A stretch of DNA of 57,980 nt from an uncultured Campylobacteraceae bacterium. GTDB lineage: Bacteria > Campylobacterota > Campylobacteria > Campylobacterales > UBA6016. This document shows positions 9,383 to 18,479 of this stretch, piece by piece. The stretch is from positions 1 through 57,980 of the forward strand of contig CAZNYV010000002.1 in the NCBI GenBank assembly GCA_964577355.1, in the 5' to 3' direction. The position numbers were made by a program, and so were the translations under genes. How positions within the stretch are numbered: the first letter of the stretch is position 1; each line of letters opens with the position of its first letter. Under the pieces are notes generated by a model. The model saw only the letters and a program-made list of their open reading frames with translations. It was not told the origin of the DNA and ran no database searches.

Positions 9383-9853
9383 ATGTCAATTCTATTTAGA
9401 GCTTTAACATCGTCAATATGGGCGTTTTTATTAGTTTTTGGTTGCTCATCAAATCAAGCGCCAACTCAAAATCCAGAGCCAAAAAAAAAGAACTTTGACG
9501 AAATAGCAACTTTATCAGGTGTAAAAAGCAGAAATGAGCTAGTTTCAATTATCCTAAAAATTGTAATGTCCAACTATTTGGAGTCAAACTCTTTTGGCGA
9601 GATGAGCGATTTTTCTATTGACACAAACAACAAATCCTTTGCTTTTAGCTTGAACCTCAAAGGAGAAACTGCTCCGCTTAGGGTAGCTGTTTCAAAGTAT
9701 GAATTACAAAAAGAGAATGGCAAATTCTTTTTTGTAGCCAAAGACATTATCACTGACAAAGAGTGGCTTAATCAAGTTGCAAAAAAATATCTTCAAGAGA
9801 AAAAAATAGAAATCCCTTCGAAATATTCACTATTTCTGCAGTTGGTATCATAG
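9383..9853 (+). CDS. hypothetical lipoprotein
   Basis: 156 aa. Signal peptide ending in the lipobox-like LVFGC|SS. A TATAAT lies at 9346-9351 upstream. Confidence 0.55.
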   Translation: MSILFRALTSSIWAFLLVFGCSSNQAPTQNPEPKKKNFDEIATLSGVKSRNELVSIILKIVMSNYLESNSFGEMSDFSIDTNNKSFAFSLNLKGETAPLRVAVSKYELQKENGKFFFVAKDIITDKEWLNQVAKKYLQEKKIEIPSKYSLFLQLVS

Positions 9854-11041
9854 GTGACACATCGAATTGTTTGGGCTACAGCAACATTACAGCTTCTATT
9901 TTTGGCATATTTTACGACACAAATCTCAATCAGCGGACAAGAGGCAAATCTATTTTTCACCCACTCCAATATAGCTGGGGCTCTTTCATACTATACCTGT
10001 CAACTTTTGGGCACAAACGATCTAACAGCAAGAGCACCATTTTTACTGCTGCATTTTGCTTCAACGATAATGTTATTTGAACTCTCAAAAACAGTTCTGC
10101 TTCGCAATACAGATAGGATTGTAGCTGTGATGTTTTATGCGCTTTTGCCTGGTGTAAATATCGCCGCTCTATTAATCAACAAAGCAATGGTCATTATATT
10201 TTTGACGCTCCTTCTCTTGCTTCTGATGCAAAAAGGATTTATACGCCTGATGTATGCACTGTTGTGTTTATACGCTTTCACGGACAATGCGTTTTCTATA
10301 CTTTTCTTGGCGCTCATCTTTTATGGAGTCAAGCTTGATAACAAGAGACTAATACTAATCAACATTGTTCTATTCGGTATTAATATGTTTTTGTTCGGAT
10401 TTGACAACGGTGGCAAGCCAAAAAGTATGTTCTTGGATACACTTGGGGTATATTTTGCCATCTTTAGCCCGTTTGTTTTTGTCTATTTTCTCTTTTCCAT
10501 ATATAAATCATTTCGTACTGGCTCCAACCAGAGTGTGCTATATGTGTCGTTTTGGGCTCTTCTTTTTTCGCTTATTTTGTCTATCAGGCAAAAGGTGCAG
10601 TTTGAGGATTTTGCACCTTTTGTGGTGCTCTCTGTGTTATTTATGGTTTCTACATTTTTTGCCTCATACAGAATCAGGCTACGCCCTTTTAGAAGAGGCT
10701 ACAAGCTACTTGGCTACTCACTATTATCAACAATGCTATTGACACTTATTGCGATATTTTGCTCAAAACAGCTATATCAAATACTACCAAATCCAGCTAA
10801 ACACTTCGCCTACAACTACCACATAGCCAAAGAGTTATCAGCCGAACTCAAAAAAGATGGAATAACAAGCGTGGTGTGTAGCGATAAAGAGACAAGGTTG
10901 AGACTAAAATTTTATGGCATCAACTCTGGCGGTATCTACAAGCTGAGTAGAACTGCCGAAAGTGGAGCAAAAAGAGTTTCAATAATCTACACAGGAACGG
11001 AAGTTGCCACATATTATGTTACCAAAGTAAACACTTTGTAA
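9854..11041 (+). CDS. polytopic membrane protein, degenerate ArnT/GT-C-like
   Basis: 395 aa with a GTG start directly after the upstream stop, and at least 9 TM helices. The first loop, ISISGQEANLFF..LLGTNDLTARAPFLL, resembles the 'DEA..FG.s..aR.P' ArnT/PMT N-terminus but with DE changed to QE. Confidence 0.4.
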   Translation: MTHRIVWATATLQLLFLAYFTTQISISGQEANLFFTHSNIAGALSYYTCQLLGTNDLTARAPFLLLHFASTIMLFELSKTVLLRNTDRIVAVMFYALLPGVNIAALLINKAMVIIFLTLLLLLLMQKGFIRLMYALLCLYAFTDNAFSILFLALIFYGVKLDNKRLILINIVLFGINMFLFGFDNGGKPKSMFLDTLGVYFAIFSPFVFVYFLFSIYKSFRTGSNQSVLYVSFWALLFSLILSIRQKVQFEDFAPFVVLSVLFMVSTFFASYRIRLRPFRRGYKLLGYSLLSTMLLTLIAIFCSKQLYQILPNPAKHFAYNYHIAKELSAELKKDGITSVVCSDKETRLRLKFYGINSGGIYKLSRTAESGAKRVSIIYTGTEVATYYVTKVNTL

Positions 11042-11090
11042 AACATAGCTTGCCATTTTGTCTGTTTTTATGTTTTAGCATTTGAAAAAA

Positions 11091-11099
11091 TGTTACAAT
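11091..11099 (+). promoter_or_regulatory. candidate extended -10 promoter element (TGtTACAAT) for aclBA
   Basis: TGTTACAAT lies 29 nt upstream of the aclB ATG. RBS AAGGGG at 11115-11120. Confidence 0.35.
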
Positions 11100-11127
11100 T
11101 TGTCAAATCTGAAAGAAGGGGTAAGAC

Positions 11128-12444
11128 ATGGCTCAACGAGCAATTAGAGAATATGACGGCAAAGCTATTTTCTCAAAACACTGGGAAAAATACTTTAGCG
11201 GTTTTCATTATGGGTTCAAATCAGTAATCGTAACAAATGGAAAAGAGCTTTTGGAAAAAGCAAATGAGCACGGTTTTGAGTGGCTAAAACAAGAACCACT
11301 TGTTGCAAAACCTGATATGTTGTTTGGCAAAAGGGGTAAAAACAACCTGGTTCTATTCAGAACTACAAAACCTGGTGATGTTACATTAGAAGAGGCTGCG
11401 GCTTGGATTGACGAGAAAATTGCTCACGAGACAATTTTGCTCTCTGGTCAAAAAGGTACACTAACACACTTTATCGTAGAACCATTTACTCCACACTCTC
11501 AAGAACAAGAGTACTACATATCAGCAACTACTGTTGGTGAGGACGATGTGCTATATCTATCTGCTGAGGGTGGTATGGAAGTCGAAGAAGGCTGGGAAGA
11601 AAAGGTTAATGAAGTTGTAATTCCTATCACTATGGATGACAAAAACATCGAGCACCTTATTCGTGCGAATGTTCCAGCAGGAATCCCTAATGAAAACAAA
11701 GAGAGATTTATATCTTTCGCTGAGCAGTTCTACAAATTCTATCGTGATTTGAATTTTGCATACCTAGAAATCAATCCTATCGTTATGATAGGCAATGATA
11801 TGCACATTCTTGACCTTGTTGCAAGACTTGACGATACTGCGGGCTTTATGATGGGTGATGCTTGGTGTGGCGCGGAATTCCCGACAGCATTCGGTATGGA
11901 AGACCAATCTCCTGAAGAGAAAGCAATCGCAGAAGCAGATGCAAAATCAGGTGCTTCACTGAAACTGACAGTTCTCAACCCAATGGGTAGAATCTGGACG
12001 ATGGTAGCAGGTGGTGGCGCATCGGTTGTATATGCCGACACTATCGCAGACCTCAGTGGCAATGTAGCAGACCTTGCAAACTACGGCGAGTACTCAGGCG
12101 GACCTACAACTGGTGAGACTAAATTCTACGCTGAAACTGTGCTTGATTTGATGACAAGACACAAAGATCCAAAAGGTAGAGACAAAATCCTAATCATCGG
12201 CGGAGCTATCGCGAACTTCACAGATGTTGCAAAAACTTTCACAGGAATTATCCAAGCATTCGAAAACTATGCAGACAAAATGAAATCTGTTGGGGCTAGA
12301 ATTTATGTCAGACGAGGTGGACCAAACTATGAAAAAGGTCTAAAAGACATCAAAGAAGCTGCTGATAGATTGGGGCTTTATATCGAGGTTTATGGACCTG
12401 AGACACATGTAACTGATATTGTCAGAATGGCATTAGAGAAGTAA
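11128..12444 (+). CDS. aclB: ATP-citrate lyase beta subunit (ATP-grasp / citrate-binding part)
   Basis: 438 aa. The N-terminus AIREYDGKAIFSKHW parallels the eukaryotic ACLY N-terminus. SucC-like ATP-grasp. Followed 10 nt later by aclA. Confidence 0.9.
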   Translation: MAQRAIREYDGKAIFSKHWEKYFSGFHYGFKSVIVTNGKELLEKANEHGFEWLKQEPLVAKPDMLFGKRGKNNLVLFRTTKPGDVTLEEAAAWIDEKIAHETILLSGQKGTLTHFIVEPFTPHSQEQEYYISATTVGEDDVLYLSAEGGMEVEEGWEEKVNEVVIPITMDDKNIEHLIRANVPAGIPNENKERFISFAEQFYKFYRDLNFAYLEINPIVMIGNDMHILDLVARLDDTAGFMMGDAWCGAEFPTAFGMEDQSPEEKAIAEADAKSGASLKLTVLNPMGRIWTMVAGGGASVVYADTIADLSGNVADLANYGEYSGGPTTGETKFYAETVLDLMTRHKDPKGRDKILIIGGAIANFTDVAKTFTGIIQAFENYADKMKSVGARIYVRRGGPNYEKGLKDIKEAADRLGLYIEVYGPETHVTDIVRMALEK

Positions 12445-12454
12445 GGGGTAAGAA

Positions 12455-14275
12455 ATGAGCGCACTATATACAAAAGAAACACAAGCGATTTTTTGGAACA
12501 ACAACAAAAGCGCGATTCAGCGAATGTTGGATTATGACTATACAATCAACAGAGCAACACCATCGGTTGCGGCTATTATAGCCCCGACTAGCGATGACAA
12601 ATTTGAAAAACTGTTCTTTGGTCCAGATGAAGTCATGATACCTCTATTTAGAAATACAAAAGATGCAGTAGCGGCTTTCCCAAAAGCTGATGTTCTACTC
12701 AACTTTGCTTCTTTCAGAACTGCTTACGATGTAACTATGGAAGCAATTGCTATGAAAGGTCGGTTCAAATCTATCATGGTAACAGCTGAGGGCATACCTG
12801 AGAGAATGGCTAGAAAAATGAACCAAGCTGCAAGAGATGCTGGTGTCATAGTAATCGGACCTGCTACTGTTGGTGGTATCGCTCCTGGCGCATTCAAGAT
12901 AGCAAATATCGGTGGAACAATCGAAAATATCGTAAATTCTAAACTTCACAGAGCTGGTTCATGTGGTCTTGTCACGAGATCTGGCGGTCTATTCAATGAG
13001 CTAAGTAACATCATCGCTATCAACGCTGACGGTATCGCGGAAGGTGTTGCTATTGGTGGAGATAGATTTGTTGGTTCAGTATTTATCGACAACCTACTCA
13101 GAATGGAAAGCAATCCACAAGTCAAATACATGGTACTTCTAGGTGAAGTTGGTGGAACTGAAGAGTACAAAGTAATCGAAGCAATAAAATCTGGCAAAAT
13201 CAAAAAACCAATCATCGCATGGTGTATCGGTACTATCGCAAAACACTTCAGCTCAGGTGTTCAATTCGGTCATGCTGGCGCATCTGCAAATGCTGACGCT
13301 GAAACTGCTGCGGCAAAAAATGCTGCGATGGCTGAAGCTGGAATGTTTGTTCCTGCAAGTTTCAACGATTTGCCACACACAATCAAAGCTGTCTATGAAA
13401 AAATGAGAAACGAAGGCACAATCAGCGAAATCGAAGAGCCAGTTTTAAGAAGCATACCATCACAAAGAAAAGCGAAAAACTTCATCTGTACAATCTCTGA
13501 CGATAGAGGCGATGAAGCTATGTACGCTGGCTATCCAATCAGCGCAGTTGCTACTCCTGAGACTGGATTTAGCATTGGTGATGTTATGAGTCTATTGTGG
13601 TTCAAGAAAAGATACCCAAAATGGGCTACTGACTTCATCGAAACCGTCGTAAAAACTGTTGCTGACCACGGTCCAGCGGTAAGTGGTGCACACAATGTAA
13701 GAGTAACAGCAAGAGCTGGCAAAGATGTTATCAGCTCGCTCGTAACTGGACTTTTGACTATCGGACCTAGATTTGGTGGTGCGATTGACGGTGCAGCAAA
13801 ACATTTCAAATATGGATATGACAATAACTTGTCTCCAGCTGAGTTTATTGAACATATGAAAAAACAAGGGATTCCAATTCCAGGTATTGGTCACCGAATC
13901 AAATCACTTAGAAACCCTGACCTTCGTGTTACTGGGCTTCAAAAATATGTAAAAGGTCATTTCCCATCGACTCCACTTCTTGATTATGCAATGCAAGTTG
14001 AGCAGTTGACAACAGCTAAAAAAGACAACCTAATACTAAATGTTGACGGTACTATCGGCGTTCTTATGATAGATATGTGGCGTTCACTTGGTTACACAGA
14101 CGAAGAAATGGATGTATTTATCGATGCAGGTGCGTTAAACGCGTTCTTTGTTCTTGGTAGATGTATTGGTTTTATCGGTCACATACTTGACGAAAAACGA
14201 CTAGCGATGCCAATGTACAGACATCCATTCGATGACATTCTTTATGATGTAAAAAAAGCAGAAACTATAGACTGA
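12455..14275 (+). CDS. aclA: ATP-citrate lyase alpha subunit (CoA-binding/phospho-His plus citrate-synthase-like domain)
   Basis: 606 aa. SucD-like region with GHAGA phospho-histidine loop (FGHAGASA), and a citryl-CoA-lyase-like C-terminus. Confidence 0.9.
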   Translation: MSALYTKETQAIFWNNNKSAIQRMLDYDYTINRATPSVAAIIAPTSDDKFEKLFFGPDEVMIPLFRNTKDAVAAFPKADVLLNFASFRTAYDVTMEAIAMKGRFKSIMVTAEGIPERMARKMNQAARDAGVIVIGPATVGGIAPGAFKIANIGGTIENIVNSKLHRAGSCGLVTRSGGLFNELSNIIAINADGIAEGVAIGGDRFVGSVFIDNLLRMESNPQVKYMVLLGEVGGTEEYKVIEAIKSGKIKKPIIAWCIGTIAKHFSSGVQFGHAGASANADAETAAAKNAAMAEAGMFVPASFNDLPHTIKAVYEKMRNEGTISEIEEPVLRSIPSQRKAKNFICTISDDRGDEAMYAGYPISAVATPETGFSIGDVMSLLWFKKRYPKWATDFIETVVKTVADHGPAVSGAHNVRVTARAGKDVISSLVTGLLTIGPRFGGAIDGAAKHFKYGYDNNLSPAEFIEHMKKQGIPIPGIGHRIKSLRNPDLRVTGLQKYVKGHFPSTPLLDYAMQVEQLTTAKKDNLILNVDGTIGVLMIDMWRSLGYTDEEMDVFIDAGALNAFFVLGRCIGFIGHILDEKRLAMPMYRHPFDDILYDVKKAETID

Positions 14276-14283
14276 TTCAACTA

Positions 14284-14307
14284 GCCAAAGGAGAAAAATC
14301 CTTTGGC
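14284..14307 (+). terminator. stem-loop terminator candidate downstream of aclA
   Basis: GCCAAAGGA-gaaaaa-TCCTTTGGC: 9-bp perfect stem, 8 nt after the aclA stop. The trailing T-run is weak. Confidence 0.5.
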
Positions 14308-14310
14308 ATT

Positions 14311-14351
14311 AAATCCCCCGCGAATCGTCCTTGACAGTTGGCGGGGGATTT
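14311..14351. repeat. GC-rich 11-bp inverted repeat (AAATCCCCCGC / GCGGGGGATTT) with 19-nt loop
   Basis: Read directly from the sequence. The stem is unusually GC-rich for this AT-rich genome. The motif GGATT(T)ACCCC(A/G)TCC recurs at 14346-14360 and 14406-14419. Confidence 0.6.
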
Positions 14352-14399
14352 ACCCCATCCCCTAGCTTTTTCCAAAAAGCACTCTTTCTTTCCAAAAGC

Positions 14400-14425
14400 G
14401 CAGATGGATTACCCCGTCCATCTGC
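14400..14425 (-). terminator. stem-loop terminator candidate downstream of ybeY
   Basis: GCAGATGGA-ttaccccg-TCCATCTGC: 9-bp stem, 4 nt beyond the ybeY stop. Confidence 0.45.
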
Positions 14426-14428
14426 AAT

Positions 14429-14848
14429 TTATGAGTTACGCGCTATCAACGATGCCGGCAACTTCAAAAGCTCTATAATTTCTTGCTCTCTTGCTCTCAT
14501 TTCACCGTTATCAATCTCATGGTCAAACCCAAGCAGATGCAACATCCCATGTATAAAAAGCAGTCTAGCTTCATCTTGCAATGAGTGCCCAAACTCTTTT
14601 GCTGCTTTGTCTGCCATATCACTAGAGATAACAATGCTTCCCAAAAAATTAGCAAACTCAAATTCAACAGGAAAACTCAAAACATCGGTTGTTTTGTCCA
14701 TACCTCTGTGCTCCAAGTTTATCTTTTGCATCTCCTCGTCACCAACAATCATCAGTTCAACATCTTTGCCTTTGGACAACGCCTCATAAACAACGATAAA
14801 ATCACCATCTGAGAGCTCTTTACAATACTCGTTTTGAAAATCTATCAT
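14429..14848 (-). CDS. ybeY: rRNA maturation endoribonuclease YbeY
   Basis: 139 aa. Zinc motif HGMLHLLGFDHE. Confidence 0.9.
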   Translation of the reverse strand: MIDFQNEYCKELSDGDFIVVYEALSKGKDVELMIVGDEEMQKINLEHRGMDKTTDVLSFPVEFEFANFLGSIVISSDMADKAAKEFGHSLQDEARLLFIHGMLHLLGFDHEIDNGEMRAREQEIIELLKLPASLIARNS

Positions 14849-16359
14849 TATCTTCTCCTAAAACTAAGCGCTTCCAAAACATGCTTCTTCAAAATCATAT
14901 CACTTGACTCAATGTCAGCTATGGTTCTAGCTACTTTCTTAACTTTATTTATAGCCCTCAAACTCAGACCAAAACGAAGTGCTGCTTGATTAATAACCAC
15001 TATAGCATCACCGTCAAGAGGTAAAGCCTCTATATCAGTCTCGCTTAGCTTTCCGTTTAGACTCTTTTGACCTCTACTCTTTTGCATTTTAAACGCTTTC
15101 AATATCGATTCAAACATCTCGGAAGAGTTCATTGTAGATTTCTCGTCAGCTTTTGTCTCATCTGCTTGCACATACAAATCAATTCTATCAAGAAAAGGTT
15201 CTGATAGACGAGTTTTATACCGCTGTATCTCAGCTTCTGTACATCTGCACTCTTTGGTATTGCTTAGGAGATTGCCACATGGGCAAGGATTTTGGCTAGC
15301 TGCAAACAGAAAAGAGGCTTTGTATTCATTTTTGGTATTCACCCTCGAAACGAGGACTTTGTTATCTTCCATCGGCTCTCGGAGAGCTTCTAAAATCGCT
15401 CTGTCAAAATAAGGCAACTCGTCAAAATAAAGCACTCCATGATTTGAAAGTGCGACTTCACCAGGCTTGCCATCCCTACTAGAACCTCCACCCAGCACAC
15501 TCGCTCTGGTGCTCGTATGATGTGGGTTGCGGAATGGTCGATGTGGTCTAAATGCCGGAGTTTTGCCCTCCATAAAATCCAACATTGCCGAGTGCAGTAT
15601 TTCAGACAGTTCCATAGGTGGCAAAATATATCTCAATCTTTTTACCATCATACTTTTGCCGCACCCTGGAGAGCCCTCAAGCAGAATATTATGAAACCCT
15701 GCAGCCGCAATCAGCATAGCTCTTTTTGAAGCACTCTGACCCCTAACATCAAAAAAATCTAGATCAAAATTTTTATCATAATAGTGGCTGATGCCGTCAA
15801 ACTCAACAAAATCAAATGTCGGAGTATCAGTCTTGTAGGGATCAAGCGATAGCTCACCCTTCATAAACGCAATCGCTTCTGTCAAATTTTCAACTGCGTA
15901 TATTTCCAGATTTGGTATTCTTGATAAATACTCTGCACTGCTTTTTGAAACCACCACTGCTACACTTTCGTTTTGACTGGCAAGGCTGAGTGCTATTGGG
16001 AATATGTGGTTTGTGTTTTTGATACTTCCGTCAAGGCTGAGCTCACCAAATGCAAAAAATCTCTCAAAATCCGCTCTAAGAGTCTCTTCGTTTAGGGCAA
16101 CGGACAATGCAATCGCCAAATCTATCTGTGCGCCTGTTTTATAAAGGCTTGCTGGAGCAATATTGATTGTGATTTTTTGTGGGGGGAACTTAAATCCGAT
16201 ATGTCCCAGTGCAGATTTTGTGCGCTCTTTCGACTCTTGTATATCGTTTGTTACGGAGCCAACGATGCTAAAAGCTGGCAAAGCTTTTGTAAAGCTGCAC
16301 TCTACTTCAACACACTCGGCTTTTATGCCATCAAGCGTCGCGGATTTTAGTTTTATCAC
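14848..16359 (-). CDS. comM: YifB/ComM-family Mg-chelatase-like AAA+ ATPase
   Basis: 503 aa. Lon-like N-terminal domain, Walker A LEGSPGCGKSM, ChlI-like core (VLYFDELPYF). Confidence 0.85.
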   Translation of the reverse strand: MIKLKSATLDGIKAECVEVECSFTKALPAFSIVGSVTNDIQESKERTKSALGHIGFKFPPQKITINIAPASLYKTGAQIDLAIALSVALNEETLRADFERFFAFGELSLDGSIKNTNHIFPIALSLASQNESVAVVVSKSSAEYLSRIPNLEIYAVENLTEAIAFMKGELSLDPYKTDTPTFDFVEFDGISHYYDKNFDLDFFDVRGQSASKRAMLIAAAGFHNILLEGSPGCGKSMMVKRLRYILPPMELSEILHSAMLDFMEGKTPAFRPHRPFRNPHHTSTRASVLGGGSSRDGKPGEVALSNHGVLYFDELPYFDRAILEALREPMEDNKVLVSRVNTKNEYKASFLFAASQNPCPCGNLLSNTKECRCTEAEIQRYKTRLSEPFLDRIDLYVQADETKADEKSTMNSSEMFESILKAFKMQKSRGQKSLNGKLSETDIEALPLDGDAIVVINQAALRFGLSLRAINKVKKVARTIADIESSDMILKKHVLEALSFRRR

Positions 16360-16867
16360 CCTTCTGCTTTACTGGTGGGATGTATTCTTTCTCAAATTTC
16401 TTTCTCTTCAAAATCGACAACCGTTCAAAAAACAACCTGCCATCAAGATGGTCCATCTCATGTTGAATAGCGATAGCCAAAAGTCCATCGGCCTCCAGTG
16501 TGCAAGCATTTCCATTTCTATCTTGGTAGTCAATAACCACTTCGGAACTTCTCGCAACCTCTTCATAGAAATCTGGGACTGACAGGCACCCTTCTTTGTA
16601 TTTTGTCTCACCACTCTTTGATTTTACTACTGGATTGACAATCTCCAGCTTCGGAAGCAACACAACATCATCCTCATCTCTGAGCTCCAAAACTACAACA
16701 TTCAAGGCAACACCAACCTGTATCGCTGCCAAACCTATACCACTCTTATCAAGCATCGTTAAATACATATCATCTAGCAAATCATGCAGGTGTTGATCAA
16801 AGTCCACAACGGCTTTTGACTTTTGTTTTAGTTTTTTATTTGGATAAGTCAGAACTTCGCGAATCAT
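16331..16867 (-). CDS. def: peptide deformylase
   Basis: 178 aa. GIGLAAIQVG, EGCLSVP and HEMDHLDG motifs. Confidence 0.92.
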   Translation of the reverse strand: MIREVLTYPNKKLKQKSKAVVDFDQHLHDLLDDMYLTMLDKSGIGLAAIQVGVALNVVVLELRDEDDVVLLPKLEIVNPVVKSKSGETKYKEGCLSVPDFYEEVARSSEVVIDYQDRNGNACTLEADGLLAIAIQHEMDHLDGRLFFERLSILKRKKFEKEYIPPVKQKGDKTKIRDA

Positions 16868-17877
16868 TAAAGCTCGTTTAGCGCATATATCTTATCATCA
16901 GAACTTCTATCACACTCTTTTAGTGCATCAACAGCACTTAGCACCAACTCTTCTGAGGTTCTTTCAGTCTTTATAGGAGTGATAGACGAACAAATAGTCA
17001 GCTCTATCTCCCTGTCGCCAAGAAAGAAATTAGTAGAGCGCATCATATCATTCAGTCTCTCCGCTGTTCGAACAGCGTTTTTAGTATCCGTATGCTTGAG
17101 TAGCATAGCAAATATTCCATCGCCAAAATACGCAACAACATCGCTTCGCCTAGATGTTTTCATGAAAAGCTTGGCCATTGTCTTGTTGACAAGCCCCACA
17201 CCTTTTTCGCTACCAATCTTGATAGCAGCAGTTCCTCTCAACATTGTCAATATAAGTGTTGTAGAGTGTCCAAATTTGGCAATTATTTTTTGTTCTCTTT
17301 CGATTTGGCTGATTATATATCGCTTATTGTACACAGCATATTTCGAATCAAATATACTCTCAGTCTCTATAGCCTTAACAATATTTGCGGTTTTGGTATA
17401 CAAATCTTTCAATATAGCAGCCTGCTTTGCAACAAACGACGACAACCCTTCGCTATCACTTGCCAAATTATCAGCAAAGTTCTTTATTGAGACCTGATTT
17501 GTTAGCGATTTTGCTTCCTCAGCTCTTTTATTCGAGGACTCAATCGAACCTACAAGGGACTTATAGATAACAGCAACACTCTGAAGTATCTCTTTTACAG
17601 AATCGAAGCCTTCTTTGATTTTTGTTTCGACAAGCATTCGTTGCTCATCACCCGCACCCCCATGTGCACCAAGCTGGTCGAGTATCTCTTTCCTAAAATC
17701 AAATGGCTTGTCCTGCAAAAGCGTCTCAAAGTAAAGCTCATAATAGTTTGGCAAAGGAGGTATCTTCTCTAGTGCCATCTTTCTCATAACCTCTTTTGAG
17801 AAATTCTCCAAATCTGCCTGAGTAACCTTACTGATTTGACTATCGAGATCGACTAGCTGTTTTCTTTCTTCTGCCAC
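16867..17877 (-). CDS. degenerate GGDEF-domain protein (GDGIF) with intact RxxD I-site
   Basis: 336 aa. The C-terminal domain aligns to the GGDEF fold: NKRYI.., SRRSDVVAYFGDGIFAML at 17110-17151, TICSSIT, DALKECDRSSDDKIY. The DxD/FK metal-site region is lost (TMLRGT). Confidence 0.6.
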   Translation of the reverse strand: MAEERKQLVDLDSQISKVTQADLENFSKEVMRKMALEKIPPLPNYYELYFETLLQDKPFDFRKEILDQLGAHGGAGDEQRMLVETKIKEGFDSVKEILQSVAVIYKSLVGSIESSNKRAEEAKSLTNQVSIKNFADNLASDSEGLSSFVAKQAAILKDLYTKTANIVKAIETESIFDSKYAVYNKRYIISQIEREQKIIAKFGHSTTLILTMLRGTAAIKIGSEKGVGLVNKTMAKLFMKTSRRSDVVAYFGDGIFAMLLKHTDTKNAVRTAERLNDMMRSTNFFLGDREIELTICSSITPIKTERTSEELVLSAVDALKECDRSSDDKIYALNEL

Positions 17878-17888
17878 TTGTTAGCCTT

Positions 17889-18476
17889 TTATTTTAGACT
17901 TTTTTCTAGAACCTTATCTATCAGTCCATAATCTTTTGCTTCTGCTGCAGACATATAAAAATCTCTCTCTGTGTCTGCTGTTATTTTTTCTATATCCTGA
18001 CCTGTACTGTCAGACATAATTCTATTTAGCTCTTCTTTCATTCTCAAAATCTCTTTTGCCTGAATAGCTATATCCGTTGCCTGTCCTTGAGCGCCACCTA
18101 GAGGCTGATGAATCATTATTCTAGCATGAGATAGAGCATATCTTTTGCCAGCCGTGCCACTAGATAGCAAAAAAGCACCCATTGACGCTGCTTGTCCAAT
18201 ACAAATCGTGCAAATATCAGGCTTGATATATCTCATTGTATCAAAAATACTAAGACCACTAGTTACAACACCACCTGGGGAGTTGATGTAGAGATATATG
18301 TCCTTATCAGCTGCCTCAGCTTCCAAGAATAGCAATTGAGCCACAATTGTACTCGCAACAGCATCGTTTATTTCGCCACTCAAAAATATAATTCTATCTT
18401 TTAAAAGTCTGGAGTATATATCATAGCTTCGCTCTCCTCGACCCGTTCTCTCTACAACATAAGGAATATAGCTCAT
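17889..18476 (-). CDS. clpP: ATP-dependent Clp protease proteolytic subunit
   Basis: 195 aa. [22 protein letters not shown] (catalytic Ser), IMIHQPLGG (His). Confidence 0.95.
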   Translation of the reverse strand: MSYIPYVVERTGRGERSYDIYSRLLKDRIIFLSGEINDAVASTIVAQLLFLEAEAADKDIYLYINSPGGVVTSGLSIFDTMRYIKPDICTICIGQAASMGAFLLSSGTAGKRYALSHARIMIHQPLGGAQGQATDIAIQAKEILRMKEELNRIMSDSTGQDIEKITADTERDFYMSAAEAKDYGLIDKVLEKSLK

Positions 18477-18479
18477 ACC

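Noticed and set aside
14331-14789. 152-aa + strand ORF starting in the hairpin cluster and running antisense through ybeY.
   Set aside because: It is antisense to a gene with an unambiguous YbeY zinc motif, and it begins inside terminator-like stem-loops.
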